A stretch of DNA of 61,439 bases from Candidatus Acidiferrales bacterium (lineage in GTDB: Bacteria; Acidobacteriota; Terriglobia; Acidiferrales; UBA7541). Shown here piece by piece: positions 55,448 through 61,439 of this stretch. Both the position numbers and the translations under genes were made by a program. The notes below the pieces were generated by a model. The model did no database searches and had not been told where the DNA came from. It worked only from the letters and a program-made list of their open reading frames with translations. Location: NCBI GenBank assembly GCA_050014735.1, contig JBEKCU010000003.1, forward strand, positions 1 through 61,439, read 5' to 3'. Within the stretch, counting starts at the first letter, position 1, and each line of letters begins with the position of its first letter.

Positions 55448-58400
55448 TTGGCGCTGGAGCGACTCGACCGGAACGACGCCAAACTTCTTCTGATCTGGAT
55501 TCTCGCCGGACTGCTCGGCGCGGGCGTGGCGTATAAGTATTTCTTTCAGGCGTTCCCGGAAGCTTCCGTGGAATTCAAGGTTCCTCGTGCTGACGCACTG
55601 GAGCGAGCCAGGCAATTTGCCGGCGCGCAAGGCGCGCAACTCAGCGGCTACGATTCCAGCATAGTATTTAACTTGGATGACATCGCAAAGACGTACCTCG
55701 AACGCGAGGTAGGTCTTGCGCAGGCCAACCGGATCATGACGAACGATGTCCACATCTGGTATTGGCAGACGCGTTTTTTCAAACCTCTCCAAAAGGAAGA
55801 ATTCGATGTGCGTGTCGATCCCGCCGGCGGGATCGTGGGTTACGCGCACGTGCTCGAGGAAACCGCGTCGGGCGCGCACCTAGAACGTTCCGCGGCGCAG
55901 GCTACCGCCGAATCGTTTCTGCGGGATACGCTGCACGTCGATCTTTCCCAATACGATTTTCGCGAGCAAGAAGCGAATTCCACGGAACGTCCCAATCGCC
56001 GCGACTGGGGCTTTGCGTGGGAACGGCGCGGGTTTCGCGCCAAGGACGCGCCCTATCGCCTGAATGTGACCCTGGCGGGAGACCACATCAGCGGATACGC
56101 CGAATTCCTGAAAGTTCCCGAAGAGTGGAGTCTTGGTTTTGAGCGTCTTCGGTCGTCGAATAATCTTTATGAGTTCGTCGCTCTGCTCCCCTATGCATTT
56201 TTTCTTGGCGGCTGCCTTTTAATAATCGTCCAGCTGGGACGCCGAGGGCTGCTCGAGTGGCGCATGGGCGTCGCGCTCGGGATATTCCTCACAGCGCTGT
56301 ATTTCATCATGACGATGAACCAGTGGCCGCTGGACCGGGCTTCGTACAATACCAACACTCCCTATTCCAGCTTTATCGTGGATGAGATCGGCAAAGCCGC
56401 GCTCATGAGTATCGTTAGCGCGCTCCTGGTGGTGATTGCCATCGTGCCAGGAGAGCCACTGTACCGTGTATCTCAGCCCGACAAGATCAGGCTCGACATG
56501 GGATTGCGATTACCAGGTCTCCGTACAAAAGAATTCTTTCGCGCAAACGTGATTGGAATTTGCCTGGCCGCCGCGCACATCGGCTACATCACCATTTTCT
56601 ACATTATCAGCAGAAAACTGGGCGCGTGGGCGCCACAAGATCTGAACTACGAAAACGTGGTCAGCACTTCGTTACCATGGATCTATCCGCTCGCCATCGG
56701 AATATACGCCGCGACGAGTGAGGAGTTTCTTTTCCGCCTGTTCGCGATTCCGTACTTGATGCGCCTGACGAAATCGAGACTTGTGGCCGTCGTGGTTCCC
56801 GCGTTCGCATGGGGATTCCTGCACAGCAATTATCCGCAGGAGCCGGCGTACGTCCGCGGTATCGAAGTGGGCCTGATCGGGATTGTCGTCGGGCTGGTGA
56901 TGCTTCGCTGGGGGATCTGGGCGACTCTGATCTGGCACTACACGGTGGATGCATTTCTGATTAGCACTTCGCTGCTACGCTCGCACGGCGCGTATCTGCG
57001 CATCTCAGGAGCGCTTGTAGGAGGCGGGGCATTGATCCCGCTCGCCATTGCGGGCATTTTTTATCTGTCGCGCGGAGGATTTGAAATCGACGCATCGCTT
57101 TTGAACAGCGCGAAGCCACTCGGTGGCCCGCCCTCGCCTGCGACCGCAGTTGTCGAAGATACTTCCAGCCCGGAAGCAGTCATGGAGAGCGTTTCCGCCG
57201 AGATTTCGAGCGGCTACAACGGTATGTCCTCGCGCGCTCTCGCCGCTCTCGTTGTTTGCGGCGCGATGGGACTCGCGCTTCTGATTGGCGTGAAACGAGA
57301 GGCGATCGGAGATTTCGTCCGGTTCCAGATCGATGCAAACCAGGCTGTGGAACTTGGAAACCATGCGCTGCGCGACATTAAAATCAATCCTGCAACATAT
57401 CGTCACACCGCGACCCTTACCTACACGTTCGACGAATACACGAATGAGTATTTGCACCGAACCATCGGCATCGCCGCCGCAAATCGCATTTATCGCCAGC
57501 AGGTTCCTTCCGCGTTCTGGGCGATCCGCTACTTCCGCGATTCGCAAAACGAAGAGTACACGGTCGTCTTGCGTCCTGACGGGTCGATTCATTCGGTGCA
57601 TCACACGCTCGATGAAAAGGCCTCCGGCGCAAATCTTTCGAAGGAAGATGCGCTGGCGCGCGCCGAAACTTACTTGCGTGATTGGAAGAAGATGGACCTC
57701 TCAGGGTGGAACCTTGTCGATGCGCGTTCCGATAAGAAGCCCGCGAGGACCGATCACACATTCGAATGGGAACAAAATTCAGCGCTCGATCCTGGTCCAG
57801 GCCAGCAGGGCGCGCACATTCGCATGCAACTGCACGTTCAGGGCGATGAAGTTTCCGGCTATCGCGTGTTCGTCAAGATTCCCGAAGCTTGGCGCGACGC
57901 GGAGAGCCGCACCACCGGGGCTCAACTCGCCCAGACCTATGGCCGATGGATCGGACTTTTCGCGGTTCTGATCGGGGCGCTAGTGATTTTCCTCCGGAAC
58001 CTCAGGCATCCGGATGTCGCGCGCGTTCCGTGGCGGCGACTCGGCAAATGGTCGATCTGGATGCTGGCGGCTGCCGTCGTCACCTTTGCGAACCGGTTGC
58101 CGCAACTCTTGACAAATTACACGACCGTCATGCCCCTCTTGATGTATTACGCCATTCTTGCGATCACGATGATATTTGCGGTATCGCTATATCTTGCGGG
58201 AGCCTTCCTTTTGCTCGGCATAGCGTGGTTTTTTCTGGAGCGCGCTTTCGGCCCGGGGTGCATCCCCGGATGGGCTGGAATGAAGGCCGTGTATTACCGC
58301 GACGCCTTTTGCGTGGCAACATTCGGTTCGGCGGCGGTGTTGGGACTAAATCGGTTGCCGGCGCTGCTCGCTCGCTGGCCGGTGCAGCATCATATGCTGG

Positions 58401-58852
58401 GTTCGTCCGTCCCTGAGGGTCTGGACGTACTCAACCCCGCGGCGGGAGTAGCTGCGTCGGCGATTGTCGCAAGCTTCCTAACCGCCGGGATCATAGGTCT
58501 GGCCGCTGGAATCATTGCCATTTACGTTCGAGCTGTGTGGATACGGGCTGCGCTTTTGCTGCTGTATTCGGCCTTGATGGCCACGAATGTGGCGACACCG
58601 GGCTCGTTCGTGCACGATGCCGCGTTTCGTTTGCTTGCAGCAACGATCCTGTGGTTTGGCGTGACGCAAGTCGTGCGATTCAATGCGATGGGCTATTTCC
58701 TGGCTGCTTCAATGATTGCGCTGGTGACCGGAGCGGTCGAGTTGATCGAGCAACCGAATCTGTATTTCCGCGCGAACGGTTACGCCGTTGTGGCGGTTGC
58801 TGTCGCCCTGCTCGCTTGGCCGATATTTTATTGGCGGCGCCAAGCCGAGTAA
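55448..58852 (+). CDS. Giant polytopic membrane protein with one CPBP (CAAX/Abi) intramembrane protease core and an internally duplicated ectodomain+TM module
   Basis: CPBP motifs SEEFLFRLF (from 56719), FAWGFLH (~56805) and WHYTVDAF (~56933). Start proposed at TTG 55448 (GGGAGG at 55437-55442) because the ORF-track start at 55256 overlaps recG. Confidence 0.75.
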   Translation: MALERLDRNDAKLLLIWILAGLLGAGVAYKYFFQAFPEASVEFKVPRADALERARQFAGAQGAQLSGYDSSIVFNLDDIAKTYLEREVGLAQANRIMTNDVHIWYWQTRFFKPLQKEEFDVRVDPAGGIVGYAHVLEETASGAHLERSAAQATAESFLRDTLHVDLSQYDFREQEANSTERPNRRDWGFAWERRGFRAKDAPYRLNVTLAGDHISGYAEFLKVPEEWSLGFERLRSSNNLYEFVALLPYAFFLGGCLLIIVQLGRRGLLEWRMGVALGIFLTALYFIMTMNQWPLDRASYNTNTPYSSFIVDEIGKAALMSIVSALLVVIAIVPGEPLYRVSQPDKIRLDMGLRLPGLRTKEFFRANVIGICLAAAHIGYITIFYIISRKLGAWAPQDLNYENVVSTSLPWIYPLAIGIYAATSEEFLFRLFAIPYLMRLTKSRLVAVVVPAFAWGFLHSNYPQEPAYVRGIEVGLIGIVVGLVMLRWGIWATLIWHYTVDAFLISTSLLRSHGAYLRISGALVGGGALIPLAIAGIFYLSRGGFEIDASLLNSAKPLGGPPSPATAVVEDTSSPEAVMESVSAEISSGYNGMSSRALAALVVCGAMGLALLIGVKREAIGDFVRFQIDANQAVELGNHALRDIKINPATYRHTATLTYTFDEYTNEYLHRTIGIAAANRIYRQQVPSAFWAIRYFRDSQNEEYTVVLRPDGSIHSVHHTLDEKASGANLSKEDALARAETYLRDWKKMDLSGWNLVDARSDKKPARTDHTFEWEQNSALDPGPGQQGAHIRMQLHVQGDEVSGYRVFVKIPEAWRDAESRTTGAQLAQTYGRWIGLFAVLIGALVIFLRNLRHPDVARVPWRRLGKWSIWMLAAAVVTFANRLPQLLTNYTTVMPLLMYYAILAITMIFAVSLYLAGAFLLLGIAWFFLERAFGPGCIPGWAGMKAVYYRDAFCVATFGSAAVLGLNRLPALLARWPVQHHMLGSSVPEGLDVLNPAAGVAASAIVASFLTAGIIGLAAGIIAIYVRAVWIRAALLLLYSALMATNVATPGSFVHDAAFRLLAATILWFGVTQVVRFNAMGYFLAASMIALVTGAVELIEQPNLYFRANGYAVVAVAVALLAWPIFYWRRQAE

Positions 58853-58914
58853 GACAGTCTTGACACTTCGCGCGAAGGCGCTTCCGCCCCGGAAAATCCT
58901 TGCCCGCATCAACC

Positions 58915-59027
58915 GGAGCCTCTCTGCGCCCCTCTCTGTTCTCTGCGTCCTCCGTGTTGGGGATCTCCCAGCGCGATGGCAAGGCTTTAACACATATCTC
59001 GCAGAGAACACAGAGCGGCACGGAGAA
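58915..59027. repeat. ~110-nt palindromic intergenic repeat, copy B (inverted relative to copy A)
   Basis: The reverse complement reads TTCTCCGTGCCGCTCTGTGTTCTCTGCGAGATATGTGTTAAAGCCTTGCC..., collinear with 49211-49260. Confidence 0.6.
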
Positions 59028-59047
59028 AACCAACGTCGTCATTTGCG

Positions 59048-60820
59048 TTAGTGTTTCTTGAACAAGCTTTTGATCGTATCGGCCGCGTTTTGCGGCGTTG
59101 CTGACTGCCCGGAAGGTGTGGAAGCCGTCGAAGGCAAGGCCTTCCCGGGCCGCACTTTCGGGCTGTCGATCGTTCCCTCGAGATTGAAAGGCACCGTAAT
59201 CTTTCCTACTCGGCTGCCAATCAATCCTCCCACCAAGCTGGCCGCCGCGCCTGAACCGACCATCGCCGCAGGATTCACCTCGACCGTTCCCTGATAGTCC
59301 AGCGTGCTGTCCATGCCCACGCTGCCGCTTAAATTCACCACTCCACTCGGCGAATCCAAGTGAAGCTGCTTGCTTGAGACACGCTGGTTTGCAATAGCGA
59401 TGTCGCCTTCGAGAACCGTGAAAGTTGTGTCGCCGCCAATCGTGCCAAGGCCGGCTGATTTCGCGAGCGATTCCACCAGGCTGCCGAGGCTTACGCCGGG
59501 CAAATGTCCGTTGCGCACGGCAAATTTGCCCGTGCCGGACAGGGTTTTCTTCCATTCATCGTTCAGGTTTCCGAGAAGTTGAAGATCGAGTTCGCCTGTG
59601 CCGCTCACTTTTCCGCGCGCTGCTGGAGTGACGTCGAGGACCTTAGCGACGTCCAGATTGCGCATCTGAACATTCGCCGTGAAGCGCGGGGGATCGGTGG
59701 AGCGGTCAACTATGGACGATATTTGCAACGTCCCGCCGTACATTCCAATCGAGATCGGCCGCAATTCCGCACGATCCGTATAGACGTGTATCTCGACATT
59801 GGCGGGTCCCACTGTATAAGGCTTCGTTGTAATTTTCTCGACGTTAATGTGTCCGTGCGCTACCAGTTCGCTGGGGCCAGGGGGCGCCGTCGGCTTTGCC
59901 GGTGTGGGTGTGGCTGGCGCTGGCGCGCTGGATGATTGTCCCCCTGCCACGGCGATGAGCTTGTCGATGTCCATCTGCGAGGCGCTCAGTTCAAAATTGA
60001 CTTGAGGATGCTCGACGTCAGGAATACTCAGTATGCCCTTGATATCCGAAGCCTTCGCTAGATCGGCCACGAACTGCGCGTCCATTTTCCCGCCGGCGAG
60101 AGTCACCTGGCCAGACTTGAACGCCACCGGCTCGGTCCATCCTTCCAGCGTCAGGTTCACGCCCGTGAGAGTCGACTCCGCCTGCCAGTCGTGCACGCGC
60201 AGAGGCGTCAAGACGAACTTATGAAGCACAAAGTTAATGCCTTTTACGCCCACGCTTGAGAGCACTGCTCCTCGCACAACCGCGCCCACCATCACTTCGG
60301 CGCCGGTTAAATTGACGCTTTCGATTTCGTCGAGAGAGACGCTGGATGATTCGCCTGTTTGCGCAGGAGCCTTACTGGCGCTGGGAGCAGAGGGAGCAGG
60401 AGTAAACGTGTAATTATTCATGCCCGCCGCATCGGTCACCAGGGAGACCTTTGGATGCACCAGGTCGATTGAATTGATGTGAATGGTGCGGCTCAACAGC
60501 GGACCGAGCGCGACGTTCACGCGAATTTCATCCGCTGAAAGCAGATCGCCCTGCGGAAATTTATCCGGATTGCCGACGTGGAGGTCGTCCACCGTCAATG
60601 CCGCTCCCGGCAGCAAATGCAACCGAATGCCGCCGAGCGTGACTTTCCGGCCAGTCTGCTTCGCAATGGCGTCGGCGATGGTGTCTCGGTAGCGGTCAAC
60701 GTTCACGAAATAGGGAATCGCGAATGCGAGCAACAGCAGAACCACGACGACAGACAAAACGATCTTTGCCCAAAGAGGAAAACGGCGGGAAGACCAGTTC
60801 GAGGAATTCGTTGTGTTCAT
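59048..60820 (-). CDS. AsmA-family outer-membrane biogenesis protein
   Basis: N-terminal TM, DRYRDTIADAIAKQTGRKVTLGGIRLHLLPGAALTVDDLHVGNP, and a long beta-rich periplasmic body, typical of AsmA. Confidence 0.85.
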   Translation of the reverse strand: MNTTNSSNWSSRRFPLWAKIVLSVVVVLLLLAFAIPYFVNVDRYRDTIADAIAKQTGRKVTLGGIRLHLLPGAALTVDDLHVGNPDKFPQGDLLSADEIRVNVALGPLLSRTIHINSIDLVHPKVSLVTDAAGMNNYTFTPAPSAPSASKAPAQTGESSSVSLDEIESVNLTGAEVMVGAVVRGAVLSSVGVKGINFVLHKFVLTPLRVHDWQAESTLTGVNLTLEGWTEPVAFKSGQVTLAGGKMDAQFVADLAKASDIKGILSIPDVEHPQVNFELSASQMDIDKLIAVAGGQSSSAPAPATPTPAKPTAPPGPSELVAHGHINVEKITTKPYTVGPANVEIHVYTDRAELRPISIGMYGGTLQISSIVDRSTDPPRFTANVQMRNLDVAKVLDVTPAARGKVSGTGELDLQLLGNLNDEWKKTLSGTGKFAVRNGHLPGVSLGSLVESLAKSAGLGTIGGDTTFTVLEGDIAIANQRVSSKQLHLDSPSGVVNLSGSVGMDSTLDYQGTVEVNPAAMVGSGAAASLVGGLIGSRVGKITVPFNLEGTIDSPKVRPGKALPSTASTPSGQSATPQNAADTIKSLFKKH

Positions 60821-60981
60821 GTCAACTCACAGTCCCCGGCTTGCGAATTTCGGCAATGTAGTCCGGTCCTGATTCGAGGACCCTATCGTTGCAAATCGCG
60901 TCGCGTACGGCAAGCCATTCATTCGGAAAGAAAAGTCCGAACGGAAGCCGGAGGCGTATAATCCGTCCGGGGGTCATTCGT

Positions 60982-61439
60982 TTGCTCGGAACCGACAATT
61001 CGGAGCTGAGCCAGGAGCAGGTTCCGGTGGGCGGGTTCCCGGAAACGCCGCGGGTTCCGCAGCTTGCCTTGGAGAAAACCGACTGGATCGACCAACTCGC
61101 CTCCAGCATCACGGTTCTGGTGCGCGAACCCGCGCCGCCAAAGGAATTTCACGGCGACCCATACTTTCGAGATTGTTGGATCGATCAGCGCTTTCCAAAG
61201 ATTGCATTCGCCGCTGCTGTGATATTGCAAATTCTCCTGATTCGTTTCCCGCCCCCCATTTGGAGCACGCAACGCCCGCATATCGTTTCCGCGGCGCCTC
61301 GAAGGGAATTGACCTGGTACGGCCCGGTCAAAGATTTCCCGATCGTATTACCCAGGTCGCGCGAGCCGAAAGCCGCGCAGAAAAGGGACGCCTCGAAGGC
61401 ACAGCCCGATCGCGGTGCGAATGCGTATCATCCTCGACA
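60982..61439 (+). CDS. Hypothetical membrane protein, 5' part (possibly a TonB-like N-terminus); runs off the window
   Basis: My own translation, with no stop from 60850 to the window end: ...REPAPPKEFHGDPYFRDCWIDQRFPKIAFAAAVILQILLIRFPPPIW...ELTWYGPVKDFPIVLP... There is no ATG; a TTG at 60982 after GGGGG is a guess. Confidence 0.3.
   Translation, partial: MLGTDNSELSQEQVPVGGFPETPRVPQLALEKTDWIDQLASSITVLVREPAPPKEFHGDPYFRDCWIDQRFPKIAFAAAVILQILLIRFPPPIWSTQRPHIVSAAPRRELTWYGPVKDFPIVLPRSREPKAAQKRDASKAQPDRGANAYHPR

Noticed and set aside
58680-59555. 291-aa minus-strand ORF spanning repeat copy B and the 3' part of asmA in another frame
   Set aside because: It overlaps the well-supported AsmA frame and the repeat element. 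The translation is Arg/Gly-rich and low-complexity.

Overview
61.4-kb chromosomal segment, moderately GC-rich by eye. I found no rRNA, tRNA or CRISPR array. The gene content suggests an Acidobacteriota (Terriglobia-like) genome, which is inference only: an acidobacterial-type VWFA protein, a CarboxypepD_reg/cytochrome c/beta-propeller protein, TonB_C fusions and an ECF sigma module. About 50 protein genes are supportable.

Mostly housekeeping or central metabolism: rpsU, glgC, eno, gpmI, pyk, pntAA/AB/B, recG, rsmD, a DEAD-box helicase, and OPT, APC and CPA transporters.

Larger units:
- An eight-gene purine-catabolism operon (guanine deaminase, 3-subunit xanthine dehydrogenase, allantoinase, allantoicase, OHCU decarboxylase, HIU hydrolase). 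Its allantoicase frame is broken and no urate oxidase is visible.
- A c-di-GMP pair (REC-GGDEF plus REC-HDOD). Both receiver domains look non-phosphorylatable.
- An ECF sigma / anti-sigma / DUF4097-TonB_C module.

I cannot point to a clear multi-gene undescribed system. The best candidates for something new are:
- A 624-bp transposase-less cassette carrying a GrpB gene, bounded by perfect 13-bp inverted repeats and an abutting 8-bp direct duplication. It sits next to vapBC, wedged between eno and gpmI.
- A ~1130-aa internally duplicated membrane protein with a single CPBP/Abi protease core.
- An orphan malate-synthase-like enzyme convergent on the uricase-less purine operon.
- A tannase-family protein whose Cys-Ser nucleophile motif is replaced.
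- Several families of structured palindromic intergenic repeats that recur at gene 3' ends.

All family calls come from reading the translations by eye; no searches were run.
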